Source of the DNA: an uncultured Candidatus Rokubacteria bacterium
GTDB taxonomy: Bacteria; Methylomirabilota; Methylomirabilia; Rokubacteriales; DASRDR01
Assembly: GCA_963805625.1 (NCBI GenBank)
Contig: CAWDVE010000010.1
Location: 288,001 to 352,000 of the forward strand
DNA: 64,000 bases
Reading direction: 5' to 3'
Of the stretch, positions 30,673 through 40,684 are shown one piece after another. The stretch's first letter is position 1; each line of letters opens with the position of its first letter. A program made the position numbers and the translations under genes. The notes under the pieces are model-generated. The model saw nothing but the letters and a program-made list of their open reading frames with translations. It had not been told where the DNA came from and searched no databases.

Positions 30673-31913
30673 CGGCGTGGACGCGAGTGCTCCCGATGCT
30701 GGCAGTAGCGGGGATGACCTGGGGCTGGATCGGGGCGGCCGAGGCGCAGCTCTTCGGTCCGAAGGCCACCGTGACAACCCCGGGGGGCAAGTCCATCGAC
30801 GAGGCGCAGCAGGAGGCCTACGACGGGCCCAAGGCCCGGATCGCGGTCTCGCAGTTCAAGGACAAGACAGGCAAGGGCTGGTGGACCGGGGCGATCGGCG
30901 ATGGCATGGCCGACATGCTATCGACCGCCCTGTTCCACTCGAACCGCTACATCGTTCTCGAGCGGCAGCAGGTGGGTGACGTCCTGCGCGAGCAGGATCT
31001 CGGTGCGGCCGGCCGGATCAAGAAGGGAACCGAGGCGCCCATTGGCGAGATCGAGGGCGCGGAGCTCCTGATCACCGGCGCTGTCACCGAGTTCGAGGGT
31101 GCCGCGTCCGGCGTCGGCGGCGGCATCGGGGGCATCGGCGGGACCGCGGGCCGCGTCCTCGGTGGCATCGCCGGTGGGATGAAGAAGGCGCACATGGCGA
31201 TCGACGTCCGCGTGATCGACACGCGGACGTCGCGGATCGTCGCCGCCACGTCGGTGGAGGGGGAGGCGACCGACTTCGCGCTGGGCGGAGCACTCGCCGG
31301 CGCAGGCAGCGGTGGTGCGCTCGGAGGCGCGCTCGGGGGCTGGTCCAAGACGCCGACCGAGAAGGCGCTGCGGCTCTGCATCCAGGAGGCCGTGAAGTTT
31401 GTCGTGACGAAGACGCCGGCGACCTACTACCACTACGGGGCGGGCGGGCAGCCCGTCGCAGCGGCGGCGCCAAAGGCGCCGGCCGCAGCGGCAGCGGGCG
31501 GCGGCGGGGCGGCACCCGTGATGGCGGCGGCGGTGGCGCCGGCAGACGCGACCGGGACGCCGTCGGCCCTCAAGGTCATCCAGACCATCAAGGCGGATCA
31601 CGACAAGCAGCTCCTGATCGATCTCAACGAGGTCAAGGTCCGGGGCGCCGTTCTGACGGTCGTCGTCACGCTGCGGTCCCTGAGCAAGCAGTCGCAATGG
31701 GTCCTGGTCAGCGAGAACAAGAGCTCGATCCTCAGCTACGACACCGGCGAGACGGCCCCCATGATCAAGGTGGACGGGTTCAACAACGGCCCGGTTCCGG
31801 GCGGGGACCCGAAGACCATTCGCGGCACCTTCAAGGTGCCCAAGGGCGCCAAGAAGGTGGCAATCACGCTGGGCGGCCTCGGCACCTTCGACGACGTGGA
31901 CGTCGCGCAGTAG
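30669..31913 (+). CDS. CsgG/HfaB-family exported protein with an extra C-terminal domain
   Basis: Signal peptide; RIAVSQF, LERQQVGDVLREQ, GAVTEFE and IDVRVIDT motifs; Ala-rich linker then a beta-rich domain. Confidence 0.75.
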   Translation: MTAWTRVLPMLAVAGMTWGWIGAAEAQLFGPKATVTTPGGKSIDEAQQEAYDGPKARIAVSQFKDKTGKGWWTGAIGDGMADMLSTALFHSNRYIVLERQQVGDVLREQDLGAAGRIKKGTEAPIGEIEGAELLITGAVTEFEGAASGVGGGIGGIGGTAGRVLGGIAGGMKKAHMAIDVRVIDTRTSRIVAATSVEGEATDFALGGALAGAGSGGALGGALGGWSKTPTEKALRLCIQEAVKFVVTKTPATYYHYGAGGQPVAAAAPKAPAAAAAGGGGAAPVMAAAVAPADATGTPSALKVIQTIKADHDKQLLIDLNEVKVRGAVLTVVVTLRSLSKQSQWVLVSENKSSILSYDTGETAPMIKVDGFNNGPVPGGDPKTIRGTFKVPKGAKKVAITLGGLGTFDDVDVAQ

Positions 31914-31938
31914 GGGAGCCTGCTTCGCCGTCTCGCCC

Positions 31939-31972
31939 CGAGGGCCCCGGGAGACCGGGGCCCTCGTCGTTT
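31939..31972 (+). terminator. Putative intrinsic terminator
   Basis: cgagggccccgg-GAGA-ccggggccctcg hairpin followed by tcgttt. Confidence 0.55.
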
Positions 31973-32088
31973 CCGGGAGGCGCTGGCGCGGTGTGTGATC
32001 CCATCTCTTCCGATCCTCGTGGTATGCTGACGCAGGCTGGCGGCCGCCCTGGCGGACCTCGGGATGGCTCCTCCAGCCGCACAATCCC

Positions 32089-32634
32089 ATGGGCCTTGCA
32101 AACTGGCTGACAATCGTACGAATCCTCCTCGTCCCGGTGCTCGTGATCGCTCTCGTCTACAACCGGGCGTTGCTGGCTCTCGGCACGTTCATCGTGGCGG
32201 GGGTCACCGACATGATGGACGGATACATTGCCCGCACCCGCGGCACGAAGACCCGCCTCGGCGCATTCCTTGACCCCCTCGCCGACAAGCTCCTGCTGAC
32301 GGCCTCGTTCATCACGCTCACGTACAAGTTTCCGAAGGTTCTGCCGTTCTGGCTGACCGCGATCGTACTGAGCCGGGACCTCCTGCTGATCCTGGTTGCC
32401 GTGCTGATCATGCTCACCGGAGGCCAGCTGAACCCGACGCCGACTGCACTGGGGAAGGCGAGTACGGTGGTGCAGATGGTGACCGTGGGCCTGGCCCTCC
32501 TCATCGTCGGGGGCGGCCACGACTTCTGGCTGGCGCGGAAGAGCCTCTTGATCCTGGCAGCCGTGCTCACGATCGGCTCCGGTATCCAGTACTTGGTGGT
32601 CGCGCCGCGCTACGTGGACTGGGGGTCGCGCTGA
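32089..32634 (+). CDS. CDP-alcohol phosphatidyltransferase (PgsA-like)
   Basis: ANWLT..R and DMMDGYIAR...GAFLDPLADK motifs. Confidence 0.9.
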   Translation: MGLANWLTIVRILLVPVLVIALVYNRALLALGTFIVAGVTDMMDGYIARTRGTKTRLGAFLDPLADKLLLTASFITLTYKFPKVLPFWLTAIVLSRDLLLILVAVLIMLTGGQLNPTPTALGKASTVVQMVTVGLALLIVGGGHDFWLARKSLLILAAVLTIGSGIQYLVVAPRYVDWGSR

Positions 32635-33977
32635 TGCCCAAGCGGGTCCCCGAGACAGGGGTCCGGGTTCTGGCGGTTGATCCGAAGGGACTGGCCTCGC
32701 GGGCCGGGCTCCGGCCGGGGGACCGGCTCCTGCGGGTGAACGGCCAGGGGCTGCGCGACCTCGTCGACTTCCACGTCCACGCCGGGGAGGAAGAGCTCGC
32801 GATCGACGTCGCTCGGGACGGCCGCCCGTGCTCGGTCGTGCTCGAGCGCAAGTGGGGGCGGGACCTGGGCCTCGAATGCGAGCCCCCGGCGCCCGCGGAG
32901 ATCTCCACCTGCGCCAACAAGTGCGTCTTCTGCTTCATCCACCAGCTACCGAAGGGCCTGCGGAAGAGTCTCTACGTCAAGGACGACGACTATCGGCTCT
33001 CGTTCCTGCACGGCAACTACATCACGCTGACCGATCTCCCGGAGAGCGAGATCCAGCGGATCGTCGACCTTCGCCTGTCGCCCTTGTACATCTCCGTCCA
33101 TGCCACGGACCCGGTGCTGCGGCACTTCCTGCTGGGGAGTCCCAAGACCATCCGGGGGGACCTGATGGAACGGCTCCGGCGCCTGGCCGCTGCCGGGATC
33201 CGGCTGCACACGCAGATCGTGCTGTGCCCCGGTCTGAACGACGGCCCGCACCTCGAGCGCACGGTGCGCGAGCTGGGCGAGCTCCACCCGGGCGTGGCGA
33301 CCGTGGCCGTCGTACCCGTCGGTCTCACCCGGCACCGCGATGGGCTGTACCCGCTCCGGTCGATCACGCCCGCCGAGGCGGGCGCGACCCTGGACGGGAT
33401 CCACGCGTGGCAGGCCGACTTCCTGGCCCGTCACGGGACGCGGCTCGTTTTCGGGGCGGACGAGCTGTACCTCCGGGCGGGCCAGCCTATTCCGGCCGCC
33501 GCGGCGTACGAGAGCTTCTCCGTTGTCGAGGATGGGATCGGTCTCGTGCGGCGGTTCGAGGACGATCTCCGGCGCCTCGCCGGCCGGCTCGGGCGCCCCC
33601 GCTGGCGCGGAGAGCACGTGGCGACGGTGGTGACCGGCGAGCTGTTCGGACCGATCCTCGACCGGCTCCTGGAAGGAATCCGCGTGCCGGGCCTCCGGGC
33701 CGGGGTCGTCCCCGTGCCGAACGAGTTCTTCGGTCGCGCGATCACCGTGGCCGGGCTCCTGACGGGCCAGGACGTCGCCCGGGCCCTCTCCGGGCGGCCG
33801 CTTGGAGACGTGGTCCTGATCCCCCGCGTCGCCCTGACGGAGACGAAGGGCGTCTTCCTGGACGACATGGCCCCGGACGACCTCGCGCGGCACCTGGGAG
33901 TGCCGATCGTCACCGTGGAGGCCAGCGCGCGCGGTCTCGTCGACGGCCTGCTCGGCCGGCCGCCCGCGCGGGCGTGA
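32634..33977 (+). CDS. PDZ + radical-SAM-like DUF512 protein
   Basis: N-terminal PDZ; CANKCVFCF and KDDDYRLSFL motifs; lies just upstream of der. Confidence 0.88.
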   Translation: MPKRVPETGVRVLAVDPKGLASRAGLRPGDRLLRVNGQGLRDLVDFHVHAGEEELAIDVARDGRPCSVVLERKWGRDLGLECEPPAPAEISTCANKCVFCFIHQLPKGLRKSLYVKDDDYRLSFLHGNYITLTDLPESEIQRIVDLRLSPLYISVHATDPVLRHFLLGSPKTIRGDLMERLRRLAAAGIRLHTQIVLCPGLNDGPHLERTVRELGELHPGVATVAVVPVGLTRHRDGLYPLRSITPAEAGATLDGIHAWQADFLARHGTRLVFGADELYLRAGQPIPAAAAYESFSVVEDGIGLVRRFEDDLRRLAGRLGRPRWRGEHVATVVTGELFGPILDRLLEGIRVPGLRAGVVPVPNEFFGRAITVAGLLTGQDVARALSGRPLGDVVLIPRVALTETKGVFLDDMAPDDLARHLGVPIVTVEASARGLVDGLLGRPPARA

Positions 33978-33990
33978 CGGGGCGGCTTCG

Positions 33991-35328
33991 GTGCGGTTGC
34001 CGGTGGTCGCGATCGTGGGACGCCCGAACGTCGGGAAGTCCACCCTCTTCAACCGTCTGATCGGCAGCCGCAAGGCGATCGTTCGCGACACCCCCGGGGT
34101 GACGCGCGACCGGATCCACGGCACCTGCGAGTTCGGGGGCTGGCGGGCCACGGTGATCGACACGGGGGGCCTCGACCCCACCTCGGACGAGCCCCTCACC
34201 GCACAGGTGCGGAAGCAGGTGCTGGCGGCCATCGCCGAGGCCGACGCCCTGGTCTTCGTGGTGGACGGCCGTGAAGGAGTGACACCGCTCGACCAAGAGG
34301 TGGTGCGGCTGCTTCGGCGCGTGGCCAAGCCCGTGCTGGTGGCCGTCAACAAGGTCGACGCGAAGGGGCGCGAGGCGGCGGCGGCCGAGGTCTACGGTCT
34401 GGGGATGGAGCCGGTGTTGCTGGTCTCGGCCGAGCACGGGCGGGGCGTGGCCGAGTTGATCGAGGCGCTGGCGATGCGGCTCCCGTCGCCGCCAAGCGAT
34501 GCGGCCGAGGAGGCCGGCCCGATCCGGATCGCGGTCGTCGGCCGCCCGAACGTCGGGAAATCCTCGCTGGTGAACGCGATCGCCGGGCAGGATCGGGTAG
34601 TGGTCCACACCGAGCCCGGCACGACGCGTGACGCCGTGGATACGCTGGTGACGGTCGAGGGGCGTCCCTATGTCCTCGTCGACACCGCGGGCCTCCGCCG
34701 CAAGGGACGCACCGAGGGGGCGCTCGACAAGCTCTCCGCGGTCATGGCCCGCCGGAGCCTGGAGCGGGCGGACCTGGCTCTCGTGGTCCTCGACGCGGCA
34801 GAGGGGGTCACCACGCAGGATGCTCGGATCGCGGGGTACGCCGAGGCTGCGGGCCGCGCCGTCGTCCTCGTGGTCAACAAGTGGGACTTGGTCGGGACCG
34901 CGGACCGGGCTCCGGAGCTCGTGCGTTCCCTGCGGGAGCGGCTGCCGTTTTTGACTCACGCGCCGGTCGTCTTCACCTCCGCGCGTGCTGGCACCGGCCT
35001 CCGGGAGCTGTTCGAGACCATCGACCGCGTGGCGCTCGACTACGCCAAGGAGATCTCGACCGGCGAGTTGAACCGCGTGCTCACGGCGGCCGTCGAGCGG
35101 CGCCCGCCGGCGGGCTTCCACGGCAAGACGCTCAAGATCTTCTACGGGACGCAGACCGCCACCCGGCCGCCCACCTTCCTCCTGTTCGTCAACGATCCCG
35201 CCGCGCTCCACTTCTCCTACGAGCGCTACCTCGTGAGCGCGCTGCGGGAACGGTTCGGACTCGTCGGCTGCCCGGTCCGGCTGAGACTTCGACGGCGCCG
35301 CCCAGCGCGCGCCCAGCTCCACACGTGA
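33991..35328 (+). CDS. der: Ribosome biogenesis GTPase Der
   Basis: Two GRPNVGKS G-domains and a C-terminal KH-like domain. Confidence 0.97.
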   Translation: MRLPVVAIVGRPNVGKSTLFNRLIGSRKAIVRDTPGVTRDRIHGTCEFGGWRATVIDTGGLDPTSDEPLTAQVRKQVLAAIAEADALVFVVDGREGVTPLDQEVVRLLRRVAKPVLVAVNKVDAKGREAAAAEVYGLGMEPVLLVSAEHGRGVAELIEALAMRLPSPPSDAAEEAGPIRIAVVGRPNVGKSSLVNAIAGQDRVVVHTEPGTTRDAVDTLVTVEGRPYVLVDTAGLRRKGRTEGALDKLSAVMARRSLERADLALVVLDAAEGVTTQDARIAGYAEAAGRAVVLVVNKWDLVGTADRAPELVRSLRERLPFLTHAPVVFTSARAGTGLRELFETIDRVALDYAKEISTGELNRVLTAAVERRPPAGFHGKTLKIFYGTQTATRPPTFLLFVNDPAALHFSYERYLVSALRERFGLVGCPVRLRLRRRRPARAQLHT

Positions 35329-36002
35329 TACGGGGCGCGGCGCTCGTCCTCGGCCTGGCCCTCGTCGGTTGCACCGCGGCGGGGCTGCCCCGAGACTCGT
35401 TGACGGCGGACGAGCACAACGACCTTGGAGTGGCGTACTTCGAGCGAAACGAACCGCGCCGGGCGCTGGGTGAGTTCGAGCGCGCGGTCGGCCTCCGGCC
35501 GGACTGGGCGCGCGCGCTGGTGAACCTGGGGGACGCGCGCCTGACGGTCGGCGACGTGGGCGGCGCGATCGAGGCCTACGGGCGCGCGGTGGCGATCACG
35601 CCTGACGAGCCCGGAGCGGCAAACAATCTCGCGTGGGCGCTCCTGCAGGATCCCGTGCGGTGGCCGGAGGCGGAGCCGATCATCGAGAAGGCTCTGGCGC
35701 GGCACCCGGAGCCGCGCGGATACTATCTCGACACGCTGGGCGCTCTTCGCTTGCGGAAGGGAGACAACCAGGGGGCGCTCGACGCGTTCCGTGCCGCGCT
35801 GGCCGACGGCGCGCTTCCGGATGGTCCCGCACGCGCGCTGGTTCTGCAGCACGCCGCCGAGGCTCTTGCACGGCTCGGCGACCTCGAGGGGGCCGCGCAT
35901 TGCCGGGTGCTCGCGGAGGTCGAGGGGGCGAAAGGAGGGTCCAGGCATGCGGCCGCCGGTGGGGGTGCCTCGCCTGTTGGTGGGCTGGGGAGCGTGTGCT
36001 AA
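35325..36002 (+). CDS. TPR-repeat lipoprotein
   Basis: LVGC lipobox; HNDLGVAY, NLGDA, NNLAW and DTLG TPR motifs. Confidence 0.8.
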   Translation: MIRGAALVLGLALVGCTAAGLPRDSLTADEHNDLGVAYFERNEPRRALGEFERAVGLRPDWARALVNLGDARLTVGDVGGAIEAYGRAVAITPDEPGAANNLAWALLQDPVRWPEAEPIIEKALARHPEPRGYYLDTLGALRLRKGDNQGALDAFRAALADGALPDGPARALVLQHAAEALARLGDLEGAAHCRVLAEVEGAKGGSRHAAAGGGASPVGGLGSVC

Positions 36003-36044
36003 CATTGGCCAGCTAACACCCTGTCGTATTTGGGGAATTCGCGT

Positions 36045-36980
36045 ATGAGACGAGTGAGGTCAGACGTGTCGCACCGCATCCGGCGCCAGCCAAGCATCTT
36101 CAGCGTTCTCTGGTTCCGCATCGCGCTCGGTGTTGGTGTCGCTCTCGTCCTCGCGCTTCTGGTGGGGCCCGTGGTGTCGAGCTGGTTCGGAGACGATCTG
36201 CCACGAAGCCTGTTCCTTCTCGTCCCGGGGGGCGGGTCCGAGAAGACGGTTCAAGCTCGCGCGCCGGAGCCGCCCGCTGTACGGCCAAGCCTGGCGAGTC
36301 CCGGAGTGCCGTCATCCGATCCTGCGTCGGGGCCTGTCGCGACGACGACGACCGGCAAGGCGCCCAGTGCTCCGCCCGAGGGCAAGCGCGGGACGGGCGG
36401 GCGGATGACTGCTGGTGGGTCCTCGCCGGTGCCGCCGTCGACGGCGATGGCCGGCCCGGCGTCGCCTCCCCGCGAGCCGGGCCGGCCGGCTCCGCCCGAG
36501 GGTGGATCCGCGCCGTCCGGGTCGCTCGCCGCGCCGCCGGCCGTCTACTGGGTGCAGGTGGGCGCCTTTCTCGACCACAAGAACGCCGACCGGCTCGTGG
36601 AGCGGCTGCGGGGCGACGGGCTCTCGGCAGCAACCACGTCCTTCGAGCAGAGCCGGGTGCTCTACCGGGTGCTCCTCGTGGGCGGGGAGGGCGGCCGCGT
36701 GACCGACGACACCGTCGAGCGCGTTCGGGGTCTCGGGCATCCCGTCGAGATGACTGCCGATGGGCCGGCGGTGACGGGCCCCGTGCCGCTCCGGAAGGCG
36801 GTGGAGACCTCCCACACGCTCAGGCAGCAGGGAGTCACGGTTCGCCTGAAGCAAGAGGTGAGCTCGTCGACCTTCCGCGTCGTGCGCGTGGGGTCCTTCC
36901 CGACGGTTGCTGAGGCCGACGCCACGCTTGCGGCGCTGACCGCCAAGGGTGTCGAGGGTGTCGTGGTCCGGGAGCGCTGA
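36045..36980 (+). CDS. SPOR-domain membrane-anchored protein
   Basis: N-terminal TM, Pro-rich linker; YWVQVGAF and VRVGSF SPOR motifs. Confidence 0.8.
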   Translation: MRRVRSDVSHRIRRQPSIFSVLWFRIALGVGVALVLALLVGPVVSSWFGDDLPRSLFLLVPGGGSEKTVQARAPEPPAVRPSLASPGVPSSDPASGPVATTTTGKAPSAPPEGKRGTGGRMTAGGSSPVPPSTAMAGPASPPREPGRPAPPEGGSAPSGSLAAPPAVYWVQVGAFLDHKNADRLVERLRGDGLSAATTSFEQSRVLYRVLLVGGEGGRVTDDTVERVRGLGHPVEMTADGPAVTGPVPLRKAVETSHTLRQQGVTVRLKQEVSSSTFRVVRVGSFPTVAEADATLAALTAKGVEGVVVRER

Positions 36981-37020
36981 GTCATCGGCGAGAGCGTGGT
37001 GGCGAAGGGGGGTGAGTAGG

Positions 37021-37296
37021 TTGACGAAGAACGACCTCATCAATTCGGTTGCGGGGCACGGGCTCTCCAAGCGGCAGTCGGCGGCCGTCGTCGAGGCCGT
37101 GTTCGACAGCATGATCCGGGCCTTCGAGCAGGGGAGCGACGTCAAGATCGTCGGGTTCGGGCACTTCAAGCTGCGGAAGAAGGCATCGCGCAAGGGGCGC
37201 AACCCGCAGACCGGCAACGAGATAGAGATCACGGCCCGCCGGGTGCTGACGTTCAAGCCATCGAAGGGACTGAAGGCGCAGGTGAACCACCGGTGA
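37021..37296 (+). CDS. ihfA: Integration host factor alpha
   Basis: [22 protein letters not shown] and RRVLTFKPS motifs; ihfA-merR-tRNA-Pro synteny. Confidence 0.9.
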   Translation: MTKNDLINSVAGHGLSKRQSAAVVEAVFDSMIRAFEQGSDVKIVGFGHFKLRKKASRKGRNPQTGNEIEITARRVLTFKPSKGLKAQVNHR

Positions 37297-37703
37297 TCGA
37301 ACCCGAGATCGACCGCGAGCGGCGAGTCGAAGTCGGGGTCGAGTCCCCGATCCCGGACAAGCTGTTCTTCCGGATCGGCGAGGTGGCGGACCTCACCGGT
37401 GTGCCGCCGTATGTGCTGCGGTACTGGGAATCGGAGTTCAAGCTCTTGCGACCGCGGAAGAACCACGCCGGCCAGCGGGTCTACCGGAAGCACGACGTGC
37501 AGATGGTCCTGCGCATCAAGAGCCTCCTCTACGAGGACCGGCTCACGCTGGAGGGGGCGAAGAAGCGTCTTCAGCAGGAAGGCAGGCAGCGCAACCAGCA
37601 GCTCGAGCTGCCGGCTCCGGATCCCCAGACGCTGGCCGCACTTCGCACGATTCGAACCCGGCTGGAGGCCATCCGGCAGACGCTGCGGCGAACTGCCCCT
37701 TGA
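37293..37703 (+). CDS. MerR-family transcriptional regulator
   Basis: [23 protein letters not shown] motif. Confidence 0.9.
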   Translation: MIEPEIDRERRVEVGVESPIPDKLFFRIGEVADLTGVPPYVLRYWESEFKLLRPRKNHAGQRVYRKHDVQMVLRIKSLLYEDRLTLEGAKKRLQQEGRQRNQQLELPAPDPQTLAALRTIRTRLEAIRQTLRRTAP

Positions 37704-37738
37704 ACCACGCTGGAGCGCGACGTACAATCCGTGCGGTT

Positions 37739-37815
<77 letters not shown>

Positions 37816-37890
37816 TTTCCCGCCAACACCCCTGGCGCGGCGACCCGCGGCGTTGCGGCCCCGGCCTCGGCCGGGGAGACCGCACGCCGC

Positions 37891-38688
37891 GTGACCAAGT
37901 CGAACCGTCCTGTCATCCTTGTTTCCAACGACGACGGCATTCACGCGCCGGGCATCGCGGCGCTAGCGGTCGCGCTCGAGACGGTCGGCGACGTCTGGGT
38001 CGTCGCGCCGGACCGGGAGCGAAGCGCCGTCGGGCACGCCCTGACGCTTCACCGGCCCCTCACCGCGGACCAGTTGGGGCCGCAGCGATTCGCGGTCAAC
38101 GGCACGCCCTCGGACTGCGTGAACCTCGCGCTGCTCGGACTCCTCCCGGTGCGGCCCCGGATCGTGGTCGCCGGCGTCAATGCAGGCTCGAACCTCGGAG
38201 ACGACGTGACGTACTCGGGCACGGTATCGGCGGCCCTGGAGGGCGCGCTCCTCGGCGTGCCGGGACTCGCGGTGTCGCTCATCCAGCCCACCGGGCCGGC
38301 CAGCTACCGTCCCGCCGCGCGGGCCGCCGCGCGTCTGACGCGGCTCCTCCTGCGTGAGCCGGCCCGCGCCGCGACCCTGCTGAACGTGAACGTCCCGCCC
38401 GGGCAGGCCCGCGGCGTCAGACTCACGCGGCTCGGCCGGCGTCTCTACAGCGAGAAGGTCGTCGAACGGCAGGACCCGAGAGGACGGCGCTACTTCTGGA
38501 TCGGCATCGGTCCGCCCGCGTGGGAGGCGGGAGAGGACACGGACTACGCCGCGGTCCACGCGGGGTACGTCTCGGTGACCCCGCTGATGCTCGACCTCAC
38601 GGACTACCCGGGGCTGCGCGGGCTGAAGGACTGGGAGGGGGAGTTCCGGCGGCGGTCACGGGGTCGGGGAACCGGGGCTGGGCGGTGA
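37891..38688 (+). CDS. surE: 5'/3'-nucleotidase SurE
   Basis: SNDDGIHAPG, GTPSDC and YSGTV motifs. Confidence 0.96.
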   Translation: MTKSNRPVILVSNDDGIHAPGIAALAVALETVGDVWVVAPDRERSAVGHALTLHRPLTADQLGPQRFAVNGTPSDCVNLALLGLLPVRPRIVVAGVNAGSNLGDDVTYSGTVSAALEGALLGVPGLAVSLIQPTGPASYRPAARAAARLTRLLLREPARAATLLNVNVPPGQARGVRLTRLGRRLYSEKVVERQDPRGRRYFWIGIGPPAWEAGEDTDYAAVHAGYVSVTPLMLDLTDYPGLRGLKDWEGEFRRRSRGRGTGAGR

Positions 38689-39371
38689 GCGGCGGCCGGG
38701 CGGTGGGGACCGGGGCGGGCTGGCAGGAGGCGCGGGCCGGCCGCGAGCGCGAGCGCATGGTCGAGGAGCAGCTCATCCAGCGCGGGATCACGGACCCGCG
38801 CGTGCTCGACGCCATGCGGCGGATCCCGCGCCATCGGTTCGTGGAGGAGGCCCTCCGGGACCGCGCGTACGGGGATCACCCGCTGCCGATCGGCGAGAGT
38901 CAAACGATCTCCCAGCCGTACATCGTGGGAATGATGACCCAGCTCCTCGCTCTCCGGGGGACCGAGAAGGTGCTGGAGATCGGCACGGGCTCCGGGTACC
39001 AGACGGCCGTGCTGGCCGAGCTCGTGCGGCGGGTGTGCTCGGTCGAGCGCCTCATGTCCCTTGCGGTCCGAGCCCGCCGCATTCTGGAGGAGTTGGGGTA
39101 TACTAGCGCAGTCGTCAAGACGGCCGACGGCACGTACGGCTGGGCCGACGAGGCCCCGTTCGAGCGCATCATCGTGACGGCCGGGGCGCCAGCGGTACCG
39201 ACGCCACTGTTCCAGCAGCTGGCCGAGGGTGGCCGGATCGTGGTCCCCGTCGGCGGACCCCAGTCGCAGGTCCTGCACGTTGTCGAGAAGGTCGATGGCC
39301 GCATGCGGCTGTCGACGGATTGCGGCTGCACGTTCGTGAAGCTGGTCGGGAAGTACGGGTGGGAGACCTGA
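38685..39371 (+). CDS. pcm: Protein-L-isoaspartate O-methyltransferase
   Basis: QTISQPY and VLEIGTGSGYQ motifs. Confidence 0.96.
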   Translation: MSGGRAVGTGAGWQEARAGRERERMVEEQLIQRGITDPRVLDAMRRIPRHRFVEEALRDRAYGDHPLPIGESQTISQPYIVGMMTQLLALRGTEKVLEIGTGSGYQTAVLAELVRRVCSVERLMSLAVRARRILEELGYTSAVVKTADGTYGWADEAPFERIIVTAGAPAVPTPLFQQLAEGGRIVVPVGGPQSQVLHVVEKVDGRMRLSTDCGCTFVKLVGKYGWET

Positions 39372-39422
39372 GTCCCCAGCACGGGGGCAGCCTGGGCGTG
39401 CCGTTCCAAGCCCAGGTGGGGT

Positions 39423-39499
39423 CGGGGCGTAGCGCAGCTTGGTAGCGCGCCTGCTTCGGGAGCAGGAGGTCGCTGGTTCAAGTCCAGTCGCCCCGACCA
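39423..39499 (+). tRNA. tRNA-Pro(CGG)
   Basis: 77-nt cloverleaf; cctgc-TTCGGGA-gcagg anticodon arm; CCA end. Confidence 0.95.
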
Positions 39500-39599
39500 A
39501 CCCCTCCCACCCCCGCAATCGTTCGGATCCTCGTGAGAACCGTGAGCGCGGATGAGTGAGGCGGACCGCCATGCGGGCAGCCGCCGGTCAGGCGCTCGT

Positions 39600-39884
39600 A
39601 TGGGCGCCGTGGAAGTGCTGGTGGGAGGGCGCGTCCAGGGAGTGGGGTACCGCAACTTCGCCCAGCGACGCGCCCACGACTGGCGCCTCACCGGGTACGC
39701 GGTGAACCTCCCGGACGGGCGCGTCAAGATCCGAGCGGAGGGGGACCTGGAAGCGATCGAGCAGTTCGTGCGCGATCTCGGCAAGGGACCGCCTCTGGCC
39801 CGCGTGGACCGTGTCGACGTCAGCTCCGTCGCGTTCACCGGCCGCTACGGGGAGTTCGGCATCCGCTTCTCGGAGGGACGATGA
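39600..39884 (+). CDS. acyP: Acylphosphatase
   Basis: GRVQGVGYR and NLPDGRV motifs. Confidence 0.93.
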   Translation: MGAVEVLVGGRVQGVGYRNFAQRRAHDWRLTGYAVNLPDGRVKIRAEGDLEAIEQFVRDLGKGPPLARVDRVDVSSVAFTGRYGEFGIRFSEGR

Positions 39885-40684
39885 GGGAGCGCCCCGGGCG
39901 GTGGGCGGCGCTGGTCGCGGTCCCGCTGGCGCTCGGCTTGATTCTGCCCGTGGCCACGCAGGCCGCAAGCCCGCAACCCCTGCCCGCGAAGTCCCAGGGG
40001 ATAGCCGTCGAGCTTCGGGAGCACGCCCCGCCGGCCGCGACCCTCGGGCACGTCGTCAGCCCGGGCCAGACCCTGTGGGGCATCGCGCGAGAGCACGGGG
40101 TGTCTGTCGAGGCGCTGATCCGGGCGAACGGGCTCACGCCGAAGTCGAGGCTCCGCGTGGGCCAGCGGCTGAGCATCCCGCTGAGCGAGGTCCAGGAGGG
40201 TAGCCAGGAGCCCCCGTCCCTCGCCGACATCGTGCTGGAGCGGCCCCCGGCGATGCCGGCCGTGAGCTTCGCGCGGCCGGTGCCGGGGCCGATCGTGTCC
40301 CCCTTCGGCCCCAGAGGCGTCGTCTGGCATGGCGGCATCGACCTCCGGGCCGAGCGGCACGATCCCATCCAGGCCGCGGCGGCGGGCATGGTGATCACGA
40401 GCGGGTGGGAGCGAGCCTACGGGCACGTCGTGAAGATCTGGCACCCGAGCGATCTCATGACGGTCTACGCGCACAACGTCGAGAACCTGGTCAAGGTGGG
40501 CGACTGGGTCGAGCAGGGCCAGGTGATCGCGACCGTCGGCAGCACCGGGCGGGCGACCGCGCCCCATCTCCACTTCGAGATCCGCTTGAACGGCCGGAAG
40601 TACAATCCTGCCTTCTGGCTGCCCGAGTCGGAAGCGCGCGCGGTTCCGGTCAGGGATCCCAGGATTCCCACCGCTACGCCATGA
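39881..40684 (+). CDS. LysM + M23 peptidase (NlpD-like)
   Basis: GQTLWGIA LysM; HGGID, YAH and HLHFEIR motifs; lies upstream of the sigma factor. Confidence 0.9.
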   Translation: MRERPGRWAALVAVPLALGLILPVATQAASPQPLPAKSQGIAVELREHAPPAATLGHVVSPGQTLWGIAREHGVSVEALIRANGLTPKSRLRVGQRLSIPLSEVQEGSQEPPSLADIVLERPPAMPAVSFARPVPGPIVSPFGPRGVVWHGGIDLRAERHDPIQAAAAGMVITSGWERAYGHVVKIWHPSDLMTVYAHNVENLVKVGDWVEQGQVIATVGSTGRATAPHLHFEIRLNGRKYNPAFWLPESEARAVPVRDPRIPTATP

